This document shows positions 1-9,970 of a stretch of DNA of 64,000 nucleotides, in pieces. Origin of the DNA: Nannocystales bacterium (GTDB lineage Bacteria > Myxococcota_A > Polyangia > Nannocystales > Nannocystaceae); assembly GCA_050633305.1 (NCBI GenBank), contig JBOEGF010000043.1:160001-224000 (forward strand), written 5' to 3'. The translations under genes and the position numbers were made by a program. Under the pieces are notes generated by a model. It saw nothing but the letters and a program-made list of their open reading frames with translations, had not been told where the DNA came from and did no database searches. Within the stretch, counting starts at the first letter, position 1. Every line of letters begins with the position of its first letter.

Positions 1-4
1 AGGC

Positions 5-1486
5 GTGCTCCCTTGGCAGTCCCCTTCGTCGCTCGCGACCGACGCGTACAAGTTTTCGATGGCGCAGGCGGGCTTCCCTCTGCGGCGAGAGACCTTCTAC
101 TTCTCGTTCCGGCGAGGCGGGCCGCAGTTCGTGCCGTTCGACCTGGCCGCGATCGTACGCGAGATGCTCGCGGAAATCGCCCCGACGCTCGAAGATCTGG
201 AGTTCGCGCGGGCCAGCGGCTACGCGATGTCGGACGCGATGGAACACGCGCTTCGGGCTGGCTCTGCGGCGGTCGAGATTTGCGCAGTCCCGCAGGGGGT
301 CTGGGTGCTCGAACGCGAGCCCATTCTGAGCGTCACCGGCCCCAGCTTTCTCGTCTCGTGGCTGGAGCCGATGCTGCTGTGGCTCAACTACCCGATCCAA
401 CTCGCGACCGCGTTCAAGTTGGATGAGGTCGACGATGCGATACGGACCGCGACCTGTGCGGAGCATGAGCAGATCATTCTCGCGGTCGCGCAAGCGGTGC
501 AGTGCGACCCCGGGACGATCACGCGCGAAGACGATGCCTACCGGACTCGGGTGAAGGAGGGGGTCACGGCGCTCGTCGATGCGGTCGGAAGCCCCGACCG
601 GGTGTTCGAGGTTGGTATGCGCTCCGCGGTCTGCATGCAACAGCACGAACTCGCACTGTCGGCCTGCGCCGAGGCGGGGGTGATGCGGACCAGCAACATG
701 CACCTCGCACGCTCGTTGGGGATGAAGGCGGTGGGCACGATGGGGCATGAGCACGTGCAGCGTTGGGGTGATGACCTCGCCGCGTTCGAGGCGATGCGAG
801 ACATGCGGTCCTCGCCGCCGAGCTATCTGCTCGACACCTTCGATACGATGGGATCGGGCATCGTCGCCGCGGTCGCCGTCATGCGGTCACGGGAGCACGC
901 ATGTTCGATTCGCTACGACTCGGGCAACAAGTTCGTCCAGTACCTCCATGCCTGTGAGCTGCTCTCGGCCGCCGGTCTCGAGCCGTCTCATGTACTCGAA
1001 GACAGCCTCGACCTGATGGCGACCGTGCACTTCGAGAAGCTTCGCGAGTTCACGCAGTGGCCCCGGGAGAAGCAGCTGTACGGCTATGGAGGCAGCATCG
1101 TCGCCAAGCCCGCGACGAACCCGCTGACTCGAGACCGGGTCAGCGCGGTGTTCAAGCTCACCCGAACCGGTAGCCAGCCCCGCATGAAGTTTGGCAACGA
1201 GCGCGGTCTGGGCAAGCAGTCGGTGCCCGGGCTTCCGGTGGTGTGGCGCCGGCTTCGTGGAGATGGGCCGTTGGGGGTCATTGCGCAAGCCGGAGAGACC
1301 CCTCCCGAGGACTACGCCGTACTCAGCGGCAACGCAGACTTGGTCGAGACCCTGCGGCTGTGCAACGCCCACGAGTTGCCTCGCATGCTCACCGCCGAGG
1401 GTCTCAGCGCGACGTCGTCGCCAAGTCCGGAGACCGAGGCGCTGACCGAGCAGGTCTCCGCGGCCCGAGTCGGAGTGGCACCGTGA
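5..1486 (+). CDS. pncB: Nicotinate phosphoribosyltransferase family protein
   Basis: N-terminal LATDAYKFSM, EVGMRS, GTMGHEH, LLDTFDT, IRYDSG motifs of the NAPRTase/NAMPT family; adjacent to nicotinamidase. Start is at the window edge. Confidence 0.8.
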   Translation: MLPWQSPSSLATDAYKFSMAQAGFPLRRETFYFSFRRGGPQFVPFDLAAIVREMLAEIAPTLEDLEFARASGYAMSDAMEHALRAGSAAVEICAVPQGVWVLEREPILSVTGPSFLVSWLEPMLLWLNYPIQLATAFKLDEVDDAIRTATCAEHEQIILAVAQAVQCDPGTITREDDAYRTRVKEGVTALVDAVGSPDRVFEVGMRSAVCMQQHELALSACAEAGVMRTSNMHLARSLGMKAVGTMGHEHVQRWGDDLAAFEAMRDMRSSPPSYLLDTFDTMGSGIVAAVAVMRSREHACSIRYDSGNKFVQYLHACELLSAAGLEPSHVLEDSLDLMATVHFEKLREFTQWPREKQLYGYGGSIVAKPATNPLTRDRVSAVFKLTRTGSQPRMKFGNERGLGKQSVPGLPVVWRRLRGDGPLGVIAQAGETPPEDYAVLSGNADLVETLRLCNAHELPRMLTAEGLSATSSPSPETEALTEQVSAARVGVAP

Positions 1487-2166
1487 GCGCCCGCGCACGC
1501 ATTCTGGTCGACGTCGACACCCAGCACGACTTCGTGGACCCGTCGGGGGCGTTGCACGTTCCAGCGGAGGAGGGCGTCCCGGATGCCATCGCGATGCTGC
1601 TGCAAGAGGCTGAAGTCGAAGGCATCCCGATCCTGGGCTCGGTGGATTCGCATGCCTACGACGCGTGGGAGTTCGAAGCCAACGGCGGCCCGTTTCCCGC
1701 CCACTGCATCAAGGGGACGCCCGGATGGCTCCGCGTACACCCGCAGCTTCCCGCACGGACGCGCTTTGTGCCGATGCAGGTGCTCGCGCCGAGGGTTCGC
1801 AACCTGGTGGGGGAGTCGGTCCAGGGGGAAGGCGCCCGAGAGCTGAGCGCGGCTACGCTTGCAGCCGAGGCCCGCAGCGGCGTGGCGCTGTACTTCGAGA
1901 AGGAGGTGTACTCGTTGTTCGACAACCCTGCGGCGACCTCGGTCGTGGCGGCGCTGGTCGAGGCCATGGGGGGCACCGACGCGGTGGTCTTCGATGTGTT
2001 CGGGTATTGCACCGGTGGGTACTGTGTCGACGCTGCCGCTCGTGGTCTCGCGGAGCGCGGCTACTCGGTGCGCGTGCTGTCCGCAGCGACCGCGCCGATC
2101 GGCGGAGCGCAGGGCGCAGAGGCATCTCGGGTCGCGCTCACCGAAGCGGGGGTCCAGTGGGTGTGA
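1483..2166 (+). CDS. pncA: Nicotinamidase (isochorismatase/cysteine hydrolase family)
   Basis: VDVDTQHDF, DSH, FPAHCIKGTPG, FEK and YCV motifs; GTGA overlap with upstream stop. Confidence 0.85.
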   Translation: MSARARILVDVDTQHDFVDPSGALHVPAEEGVPDAIAMLLQEAEVEGIPILGSVDSHAYDAWEFEANGGPFPAHCIKGTPGWLRVHPQLPARTRFVPMQVLAPRVRNLVGESVQGEGARELSAATLAAEARSGVALYFEKEVYSLFDNPAATSVVAALVEAMGGTDAVVFDVFGYCTGGYCVDAAARGLAERGYSVRVLSAATAPIGGAQGAEASRVALTEAGVQWV

Positions 2167-2918
2167 GTGGCGGGCGGGCGAAGCCGAAGAAGGCGTCCCG
2201 AAAGTCCGGGTTCCGCTACGACCATGCTCGACCGTCGGTCACCGTGGACATGGTCGTGTTCACCGTCGTCGACCTCGACCTCAAGGTCCTGCTGATCGAG
2301 CGTGGCGTCGCGCCATTTGAAGGCGAGTGGGCACTCCCGGGAGGGTTCGTGCGGGTGGGCAACGGGGTGGACGATCCGGGAGAGGACGTCGACGACGCCG
2401 CGGTTCGGGAGCTGCAGGAGGAGACCAGCTTGACCCCGAAGGACGTGTTTCTCGAGCAGCTCTACACCTTTGGTCGTGCGGATCGGGACCCCCGCGGCCG
2501 GGTGATTTCGGTCGCCTACTACGCGCTCGTTCCTGCCGACCGTGTGCCGCGCGTGAAGGCTGGGGACGATGCGGCCGATGCGACCTGGGTCTCCGTCTCA
2601 CGCCTCGACCGGGTCGAGCTCGCCTTCGACCACCGGGAGATCGTCGACGTCGCGGTGGAGCGGATCGCGGGGAAGATCGAGTACGACCTTCGTTTGGCGA
2701 TGAGTCTCGTGCCGCGGTCCTTCACCAAGGCAGAGCTCCGCAGGGTGTTCGAAGTTGTGACGGGTAACGACTACGACAAGAGCAACTTCAACAAGCGCTT
2801 CAATCGGATGAGTGAGGACGGTGTGATCATCGACGCGCCGGGAAAGCGCGCGGCGGCGGGACCGGGGCGGCCCGCGCACCTGTACGCGTTCGCCCAGACC
2901 CGTCATGCGGGCCTGTAG
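2163..2918 (+). CDS. nrtR: NrtR-family regulator (Nudix + winged HTH)
   Basis: WALPGGFV, AAVRELQEET Nudix box, EQLYTFG..RDPRGRVISVAY, LAFDH, C-terminal FTKAELRRVFE..DKSNF..GRPAHLY; GTGA overlap. Confidence 0.85.
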   Translation: MSGGRAKPKKASRKSGFRYDHARPSVTVDMVVFTVVDLDLKVLLIERGVAPFEGEWALPGGFVRVGNGVDDPGEDVDDAAVRELQEETSLTPKDVFLEQLYTFGRADRDPRGRVISVAYYALVPADRVPRVKAGDDAADATWVSVSRLDRVELAFDHREIVDVAVERIAGKIEYDLRLAMSLVPRSFTKAELRRVFEVVTGNDYDKSNFNKRFNRMSEDGVIIDAPGKRAAAGPGRPAHLYAFAQTRHAGL

Positions 2919-2921
2919 CCG

Positions 2922-3632
2922 TCAGGACTCGTCGAACTCGAGCCGGTAGCCGACGCCGCGGACGGCCCGGAACGCGAACTTGCGGTCCTTGGTCCAGCCG
3001 AGCTTTTTCTTGAGGTTGGAGACGAAGTTATCGACCGTGCGTGGGTCCACGCGGACGTTGCCCCAGACCTTGTCGAGGATGACCTCGCGGGCCATCGCTT
3101 CGCCGCGATGGGCGACCATGAACACGAGCAGGTCGAACTCGGTCCGGGTGAGGTCGACCGGCTCTCCCTGTGTGTCGAGCACGGTGCGGGCGCTGCGGTC
3201 GATCATGACACCGTCGAGGTCGAAGACCGTCTCGGACGCCTTTGTGGCCACCTCCGTGGAGCCTCCGCCGCGTCGGCGCAGCAAGGCTCGGACCCGCGCG
3301 AGCAGCTCTCGCAAGCGGTACGGCTTGGTGAGGTAGTCGTCCGCCCCGGCATCGAAGCCGGTGACGACGTCGTCTTCGAGGCTTCGGGCCGTGAGCATCA
3401 AGACGCCTGCGGTGGAGCCCTGGGCCCGAAGCGCTTTACACACCTCATAGCCGCTGATGCCGGGCAACATGATGTCGAGCACGATCACGTCGAACGTCTT
3501 GGTGCGGGCGAGCTCGATGGCAATCTCTCCGCTCGAGGCGTGCGCGACCTCGAACCCCTCATCCTCGAGGTTGTCGACCAGGGGCAGACGGAGGTTCTCG
3601 TCGTCTTCGACGACCAGGATGCTTTCGATCAT
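2922..3632 (-). CDS. OmpR-family response regulator
   Basis: ILVVEDD, VLDIMLPG, LTAR, GADDYLTKPY, wHTH LTRTEFDLL...VRGVGYR; ATG 3632 overlaps kinase stop. Confidence 0.93.
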   Translation of the reverse strand: MIESILVVEDDENLRLPLVDNLEDEGFEVAHASSGEIAIELARTKTFDVIVLDIMLPGISGYEVCKALRAQGSTAGVLMLTARSLEDDVVTGFDAGADDYLTKPYRLRELLARVRALLRRRGGGSTEVATKASETVFDLDGVMIDRSARTVLDTQGEPVDLTRTEFDLLVFMVAHRGEAMAREVILDKVWGNVRVDPRTVDNFVSNLKKKLGWTKDRKFAFRAVRGVGYRLEFDES

Positions 3633-5470
3633 GACGGCTCCGGTTGGAGGATAGACGCTGGGAAACGAAGTCGGAAGGTTGTTCCGGTGTCGTCGGAACG
3701 AGCGATCTCGAGGTCCCCACCGTGGGCTTGCATGATCTGCCGACAGATCGACAGTCCCAACCCGCTGCCGCGAGCCCGTGTTCCACGACCGCGGTAGAAG
3801 TCGGTGAACACCTTGTTGCGCTCCGCGAACGGAATCCCTACGCCGTTGTCGGTGAAGGTCATGACCCAGCCGTCGCCAGCCAGTTCGGCATGCACTGCGA
3901 GTTCGATGGGGTCCCGCTCGCAGTAGTTGCACGCGTTCTTGGCGAGGTTTCGCAGCAGGAGCCGGAGCAGCTCAGGGTCGGCCCACAACCGAACCTCGGT
4001 CAGTCCTTCGCTTCGGAAGTCGACCGGGCCCGATGCCAGACCCGCCAGGTCGTCGTCGAGCTGTGCAACGAGGTCCCGCCCGTCGACTTCTTCGCACCGA
4101 GGCTGCCACCGCCCCTTGTCGAGTCGGTTGAATGACAGGAGGTTGTCGACGAGGAACGCCAAATCATCGCTCTCCCGCACGATTCGCGAGGGGTAGTCCC
4201 GGGCGCCTGGTAGACCCTTCGTTCGCCGCTCGAGCGTTTCTGCCATCAGCCGAATCGATGCCAGCGGTGTCCGGAGTTCGTGACTCACCGCGGCGACGAA
4301 GTTGCTCTTGAGCTCGACGAATCGTAGACGGCGCGACTGCAACACTCCGGCGAGTGCCATGAGGACCGAAGCCAGGACGGCGCACAGGACGACGAACGAC
4401 GTCTTGAGCCAAAAGCGCTGATCAGCTTGGTCGGCGGCACGCTCGAGCCGGGGCGCGATGACCGGGATGCGCAGGCTGGAGAGCTCCAGGCTCTCGGTCG
4501 TGACCTGTGGAGACAGGAGCCCGTCTTCGGGTTCCAGCAGACCTTTGGTCCGCATCTCCTCTTCGACCCCGAGCACCGCTTCATCGAGGTCGACTTCTGT
4601 GCCGAGCAAGACCTCGGTTGTCCGAGGGCGCACGAACACGCGGCCGTGGTCGAGCAGCATGGGACCTGTGGCCCGCGCGGGCACGAACATGTCTCGTGGG
4701 CGCTCGGCACGGCGCATCAAGAAGTCGTCGACCCGGACGCCAGAGAGCCGGCTGAGGGCGATGACGCGGTCCGAGAGAAATGTGAAGTCGGCCCCCGAGA
4801 ATCTGGAGCGTCGCTCGAGCAGAGCGCGCTGGAGGCCCTCGATCGCGAGTGCTCCACGGCCATCTCTGAGGCCTCGGCGAAGCGCGTCTTCCATCAGCAC
4901 GGGGTCCGGCTGGCTGCGTGTGAGGAGATCGAGCGCAGCGACGCGCGCGACGAGGTCGAGCCGGGAGTCGATCACGTGCAATGTGCGGTGGCGCAGAATC
5001 TCGCGAAACGAGCGCTCGATCGGGCTGGGGTCGCCCTCCTCGATTGCATCCCGAAAGTCGGTAAAGAGCACCAGCCGGTCAGCCCAGGGGGTCTGGGGCT
5101 CAGCCTCGATGGGGGCGCCGCTACGCAGGGCTTGGTAAAGCTCTTGGGCAGGGGTGTCGGCCCCATCGCGAGGGCTTGGCCGCGGCAGGCCCAAGGTGCC
5201 GCGCTCGACGAACACCAAACCGGCGGCAGGCAGAAGGGGGTCACGCCGCGCGGCCTCGAGTTGGGGGCCGGCTTCTCGCAGGACTTCCTCGAGTTGGAGC
5301 TGCAGAGCTCGCAGCGCGAACTCTTCGAGCGCCGAGATCTGGTCGTCGATGCGGGCCCGGGTGTCGCGACGTTCGGTGAGCATCATGCTTTGTAGGGTCG
5401 CAAGGCCCCACAACAACATCGCCAGACCCAAGCCCAGCGCGACCAGCCATGGACGGAGACGTTTGAGCAT
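3629..5470 (-). CDS. Membrane sensor histidine kinase
   Basis: Two TM segments flanking a large periplasmic region; H-box SHELRTPL, N-box NLAKNA, DNGVG, GSGLGLS. Confidence 0.93.
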   Translation of the reverse strand: MLKRLRPWLVALGLGLAMLLWGLATLQSMMLTERRDTRARIDDQISALEEFALRALQLQLEEVLREAGPQLEAARRDPLLPAAGLVFVERGTLGLPRPSPRDGADTPAQELYQALRSGAPIEAEPQTPWADRLVLFTDFRDAIEEGDPSPIERSFREILRHRTLHVIDSRLDLVARVAALDLLTRSQPDPVLMEDALRRGLRDGRGALAIEGLQRALLERRSRFSGADFTFLSDRVIALSRLSGVRVDDFLMRRAERPRDMFVPARATGPMLLDHGRVFVRPRTTEVLLGTEVDLDEAVLGVEEEMRTKGLLEPEDGLLSPQVTTESLELSSLRIPVIAPRLERAADQADQRFWLKTSFVVLCAVLASVLMALAGVLQSRRLRFVELKSNFVAAVSHELRTPLASIRLMAETLERRTKGLPGARDYPSRIVRESDDLAFLVDNLLSFNRLDKGRWQPRCEEVDGRDLVAQLDDDLAGLASGPVDFRSEGLTEVRLWADPELLRLLLRNLAKNACNYCERDPIELAVHAELAGDGWVMTFTDNGVGIPFAERNKVFTDFYRGRGTRARGSGLGLSICRQIMQAHGGDLEIARSDDTGTTFRLRFPASILQPEPS

Positions 5471-5497
5471 CTTGGCGAACGACTTAACGACGACTGG

Positions 5498-7075
5498 TTA
5501 GCGTACGACCGGCATCCGCTCGAAGGGCCGCGCTGTCGATCGGCTGCCGGAGCTCTTGGGCTTGGCCCGTAACTTGGCTGCGGCGTCGATCATCGCGCCC
5601 AGCCGGGCGGCGTCGGGGTCGTTTCGGAGGTCTTCGGGGAGCGCCGCGAATCGGTCCTGCAGTTCGGCCCAGGTGATGCGCCGGGCCCAGTAGGAGGCTC
5701 GCAGTTTCTCAGCGACGGCGGCGGCGAGGACGACGAGTTGCGTGCGCTCCGGCGCGTCGGCGGTTGCGACACCGCTGGTGAGCCCTTCCATCGGTTGGCG
5801 AACCGCGCGGATCTTCCCCGTCTTCGGATCGGTGTAGCGCAGACTCGCTTGGCCCCAGACCGCCGGGGCATCGTCACGAAGCTTGACCTCGTACAGGGCG
5901 GTGACGGCATCACCGGCACGCAGGGCTCCGCTGGTCGGTTGTTCGCGGCGAGGGGCGGGCTCGATGCGGCCCTCGAAGCCGAGCAAACGGTATCGGGTCA
6001 CCGCTTGCGGATCGAACTCCACATCCAGGACCGGGTCGGCGGCGGCGATGGGCCGACGCATCACCTGCGCCAGGCGTCGTGCGGTATCCGAGGGTTCATG
6101 GGCGAACAGGTATGCGCCTTGGCCCGCGCTGGCGAGTCCGCCGAGCAGGACGTCGTCATAGGTGTCGCGGCCGATACCGACCGCGTACGTCGCCACACCC
6201 CGGCGTGCGGCGTCTCGTGCGGTGGCCCAAACCCGTCGTCGCGCCTGTGCGCGGGAGCGTTCGGCGGATGGGGGTAAGGAGCCCGGGCCGAGGACGACCA
6301 CGACACGATCGCGGCCGGCCTTCTTGCGCCCGACGGCTCCGAAGGCTGCGGCGAGCGTCGTCTCGGACATCGAGGGAGCCTCGGCCGGCCCCAGTCGCTT
6401 GGCCTCGGCCTCGAGATCGATGATCGAAGGGGGCGGGCCCAGGGGGAGCAGAACTTCCGCCGGGGAGTTGAGCTCGACGAGCGCGATGCGATCGTCGCGG
6501 GAGAGTGCCGCGCCGAGCGTTTGTACGAGCTCGCGCGCTTCGTCGAGGTCCGGTGGGGTCGCCATCGCGGGTGAGACGTCGACCGCAACGACGACGTCGA
6601 CGGGGCGCTGGGGCTGCGGGGTCGCGTAGGCGGTGACTCGAACCACTTGGTAGCCACGACGGTGCGAGGAGGCGACGGCATCGACCTCGATTCCGAGCCG
6701 CGTCTTGGCGTCGGCGACCAACTCGGGCGGGACGGAGAAGACCTTGACGAACTCCTCGACGCGGACCTCGGCCGGTTGCGGCGCTTCTCCACGCGCCAAC
6801 GCTGCCCGTGCGAGGTCGAAGCTCGCGGTGTCGTGGTCCAGGGTGAACGCACCGCGAGGTCGTTCGGCGGTGTCGATGGTCGGCCCGACACCGTGGTCCC
6901 GGAAGGTCCTCGGCGGGCGGTCTGCCGACTTTCGCGAATCCGGGTCGGCCAGGATCGGACGGTCCCACGCAGGCGCGCTCGTATCGGCCGCGCGCGCCAA
7001 TGGAGGCGCTGCGGCTGCGACGGGACCGGGGGCGATCGCCAGCAGCACGAGGGTGGGAATTGCGCGACGGAACAT
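5498..7075 (-). CDS. Secreted VWA-domain protein (YfbK-like)
   Basis: Signal peptide; FTLDHDTASF / VRVEEFV (vWF-A associated N-domain), DVSPAM degenerate MIDAS, RYRLLGFE and VTALYEV (YfbK C-terminal). Confidence 0.8.
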   Translation of the reverse strand: MFRRAIPTLVLLAIAPGPVAAAAPPLARAADTSAPAWDRPILADPDSRKSADRPPRTFRDHGVGPTIDTAERPRGAFTLDHDTASFDLARAALARGEAPQPAEVRVEEFVKVFSVPPELVADAKTRLGIEVDAVASSHRRGYQVVRVTAYATPQPQRPVDVVVAVDVSPAMATPPDLDEARELVQTLGAALSRDDRIALVELNSPAEVLLPLGPPPSIIDLEAEAKRLGPAEAPSMSETTLAAAFGAVGRKKAGRDRVVVVLGPGSLPPSAERSRAQARRRVWATARDAARRGVATYAVGIGRDTYDDVLLGGLASAGQGAYLFAHEPSDTARRLAQVMRRPIAAADPVLDVEFDPQAVTRYRLLGFEGRIEPAPRREQPTSGALRAGDAVTALYEVKLRDDAPAVWGQASLRYTDPKTGKIRAVRQPMEGLTSGVATADAPERTQLVVLAAAVAEKLRASYWARRITWAELQDRFAALPEDLRNDPDAARLGAMIDAAAKLRAKPKSSGSRSTARPFERMPVVR

Positions 7076-7218
7076 GCCGACACCGCAACGATGCCTCAGC
7101 GTGGCGCCAAACGCTCGTATTCTCCCAAAGCCGGACTCACCTCAGGGAAAACGCTCCGGAATCGATCCGGCTCAAGGGCCGGGTGCAAGCAAGGACCGGT
7201 ACGCGGCGTTCGGGAGTC

Positions 7219-7542
7219 ATGCACGCGCTCGCGCTCGTCCTCGTGTCCGCCTTCTTGGCTCCAACCACGGCCAAGGACCCAGAATCCGTACGGATTCTCT
7301 CGATCGAGTTGTCTGCGGATGGAGTCGGTGGGGCGATTCGCACCGAGGCGATCCGCCTCGCCGACCGAGACCGAGAGTTCAGGTTTGGCGAGGGCGCGTG
7401 TCGAAAACACACGCTGGCCGATCGCGTTCTCGCGCAGCTCTTCGACGCGATGCAGACGCAGCGAGAGGTGGTCTTCGAGACCGAACGGGTCGGGGAGAGC
7501 GACTGCGTGCGACGCGTGCGGTTCTCGGGCCCTCGGGCATAG
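7219..7542 (+). CDS. Hypothetical exported protein
   Basis: GGGAG upstream of ATG; hydrophobic N-terminus; fills gap between genes. Confidence 0.5.
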   Translation: MHALALVLVSAFLAPTTAKDPESVRILSIELSADGVGGAIRTEAIRLADRDREFRFGEGACRKHTLADRVLAQLFDAMQTQREVVFETERVGESDCVRRVRFSGPRA

Positions 7543-7551
7543 TGGATCGCG

Positions 7552-8463
7552 TCAGGCGTCGCGATACGCACGCACCGTCGTGTCTTCGTCAAACTCCGGC
7601 TTGAACCCGGTCGCCTCCCGAAACTCGCTGGCATCGATCACGACTGGATATTTCACGTGTTCCAGTGCTCCTCGGGGAAGCAGGGGAAGTCCAAAGCGTC
7701 CGAGGGCAGCGCGAAACAGCAGCTCGGGGATCGGAAGGTTGATTCGTCCGGCCTCTCGAATGACGACCGACAGTGGCACAGGAGGAGGTCCCGCAACGTT
7801 GTAGACGCCGCGTAGCTTCTTGGTGAGCGCCAGCACGATGGCCCTCGCCGCGTCGCGTTCGTGGAGGAACTGGAAGAGCGGGTCGAAGCCCAGCACGGTC
7901 GGTACCCGGGGTCCCTTGATGAACGCGGCCAGCGTCCCCTGCTTGAGAGGGCCGAGCGTGTAGCAGCATCGAAGGACCGCGGTGTCGATCTCGGGGTGTC
8001 TCCACAACGTGGCCCCTGCGTACAGGTCGGCCGCGACGAGGTCGGACAGCTCAGGGAACGTGTGCACCGCCATCGGGGGCTCGGCCTCGGTGTGGTACAG
8101 CGGTGAGTCTGGAGCCGCCCCGTAGTAGGTGTGGCGCCCGACAAAAATCGCGTGTTTGACCCCGTACCGGTGGCAGTGTTCGAAGAACGACTGGGTCCCT
8201 TTGAGGTTGATCCGATACCGGTCCTCACTGCGGTGCGTGAGGTGGGTGACCGTGGCCATGTGAATCACGGCCTCGGGTCGCAAGGTCCGGAACAGGTCTT
8301 CGGCCGGACGTTTGCGGATGTCGGCTTGGTAGACTTGGATCCCCTCCGGCGGGTGGTACCAGGCCCGGCGATCGACCCCGATCACCTCGTAGCCTTGCTC
8401 GTGCAGAAGTTGTGCGACCAAGCGCCCCATGTGTCCGGCGACGCCGGTGACCATGACTTTCAT
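7552..8463 (-). CDS. NAD-dependent epimerase/dehydratase (atypical SDR)
   Basis: [13 protein letters not shown]ossmann motif, [25 protein letters not shown]. Confidence 0.85.
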   Translation of the reverse strand: MKVMVTGVAGHMGRLVAQLLHEQGYEVIGVDRRAWYHPPEGIQVYQADIRKRPAEDLFRTLRPEAVIHMATVTHLTHRSEDRYRINLKGTQSFFEHCHRYGVKHAIFVGRHTYYGAAPDSPLYHTEAEPPMAVHTFPELSDLVAADLYAGATLWRHPEIDTAVLRCCYTLGPLKQGTLAAFIKGPRVPTVLGFDPLFQFLHERDAARAIVLALTKKLRGVYNVAGPPPVPLSVVIREAGRINLPIPELLFRAALGRFGLPLLPRGALEHVKYPVVIDASEFREATGFKPEFDEDTTVRAYRDA

Positions 8464-9308
8464 GAAAGCTTGACCTCTGCGGCGGTGAGCTTGCCCTCTC
8501 GCAAGGCCCGGCCCTGCGAGATGAGTTCGGCGATCTTGCCTTTGACCAACGCGACATGCCCGGCGATGACCTCGTCGGTATCCCTCGCGTCGCCGTCGAG
8601 CATCACGGGCTCTCCGTAGATGATCTTCAGCCTCACCGGAAGAGGGACCGCCACGCCGTAGGGCGTGACGGGGACGTACGGAATTCCGAAGCGCTTGCCC
8701 AAACCGTACAGGTTGGCGACGGTGGGGATGGCCTCGCCTCCGCCGACGAACGCGACCGGGACGATGGGCGTGGCGGTCTGCAGGGCCAAGCGCACGAAGC
8801 CGGTTCCGAACGAAACCAGGGAGTCGCGCTCTCGGAACAGCTTTGCGGTCCCGCGGGCGCCCTCGGGGAAGACCATGAGCAAGCGGTCGTCCTGCAGGAG
8901 TCGGATGCAGTGCTCCGGAAGGCCCGCGAATTGTCCGAGCCGGTTGGAGAAGTTCGCCACGAACGGCATCTTCTGGATGAACTTCTCCGCCATCCCCTGC
9001 GCAAGCCGTGGGGTCTCCATCTCGAGAAAGGCCGAGGCGATGACCATCAAGGCATCGATGGCCCAGCCGCCCGAGTGGTTGCCGACGAGCATCGCGCGTC
9101 CTCGAGGCGGGACGTTGTGGATACCCACGCACTCGATGTCGAAGTAGCGCTGATAGAGGAAACGCAGCAGCGTGAAGAACTTGGCCAGCTCCTTCTTGTC
9201 CACGCCGTACGGGTCGACCCCGTGACGCGAGAAGGGGAGCTCCAGCGCATCCACGCGCTGCGCGACGTCGGGGGCGGTCGGCAGCGGGATCAGGCTCGGT
9301 GGAATCAT
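8460..9308 (-). CDS. Lysophospholipid acyltransferase family protein (PlsC-like)
   Basis: [16 protein letters not shown] (HxxxxD-type), [22 protein letters not shown]. Confidence 0.88.
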   Translation of the reverse strand: MIPPSLIPLPTAPDVAQRVDALELPFSRHGVDPYGVDKKELAKFFTLLRFLYQRYFDIECVGIHNVPPRGRAMLVGNHSGGWAIDALMVIASAFLEMETPRLAQGMAEKFIQKMPFVANFSNRLGQFAGLPEHCIRLLQDDRLLMVFPEGARGTAKLFRERDSLVSFGTGFVRLALQTATPIVPVAFVGGGEAIPTVANLYGLGKRFGIPYVPVTPYGVAVPLPVRLKIIYGEPVMLDGDARDTDEVIAGHVALVKGKIAELISQGRALREGKLTAAEVKLS

Positions 9309-9377
9309 GAGGGAGGCAGGATCAGGTTCTCAGGGATCGGCGCCTGTGCAAAGCCGAGCCGTGGTAACAAACGGGAC

Positions 9378-9860
9378 ATGCGTCGTGCTTTGCTGCTCCT
9401 GGGTCTTGTCGGTGCCCCTCTCGCGCTCGGCTGTGGTGCGCTTCGGCAGAACCTCCGCAACCAGTTCCTCTCTTACCGCGGCGCGTGGCAGTGCCAAGGT
9501 GGCAACTGCAAGGTCGCCAAGATGGAGCGGTCGCTGAAACAACACCGGGAGGGGGAGACGAACATCACCCACGTCACGATGCACAACCAGGTCGCGATGG
9601 TGTTCAACGCCGGTGCGGTTCCCGACACGTTCAGCGCCCGAGTTTCCTGTGGCAGCGATGGCGCCGACGTCCCGGCCGAGCGCATCAAGGCGCCGGGGGA
9701 ACACGGCATCACCGCCCAGAAGGACTCCTACGTGGTCCTCATTCGGCCCAAGGACTACGCGTTCTCCGATGGCTGCAAGACCTACCGCGTCCGTGCTCAC
9801 GCGACGTGGGAGGGCGGCAAGAAGACCTACGACGCCGACGCCGGTCTCGAGCCGCAGTAG
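9378..9860 (+). CDS. Hypothetical lipoprotein
   Basis: MRRALLLLGLVGAPLALGC lipobox. Confidence 0.65.
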   Translation: MRRALLLLGLVGAPLALGCGALRQNLRNQFLSYRGAWQCQGGNCKVAKMERSLKQHREGETNITHVTMHNQVAMVFNAGAVPDTFSARVSCGSDGADVPAERIKAPGEHGITAQKDSYVVLIRPKDYAFSDGCKTYRVRAHATWEGGKKTYDADAGLEPQ

Positions 9861-9970
9861 GCGGCGACCGAGCCGGTTCCATCGCTCCTCGCGCCTCGGT
9901 TTGAGCGTGTGAACCGACGTGGGGTTCGCCCACGCTGCGCACGAAAAACGTGACTATGATGCGCGGGCCG

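Noticed and set aside
5..2918. NAD genes as an anti-phage or counter-defence module
   Set aside because: No sirtuin/TIR/NADase or phage context; ordinary NrtR-regulated salvage explains it
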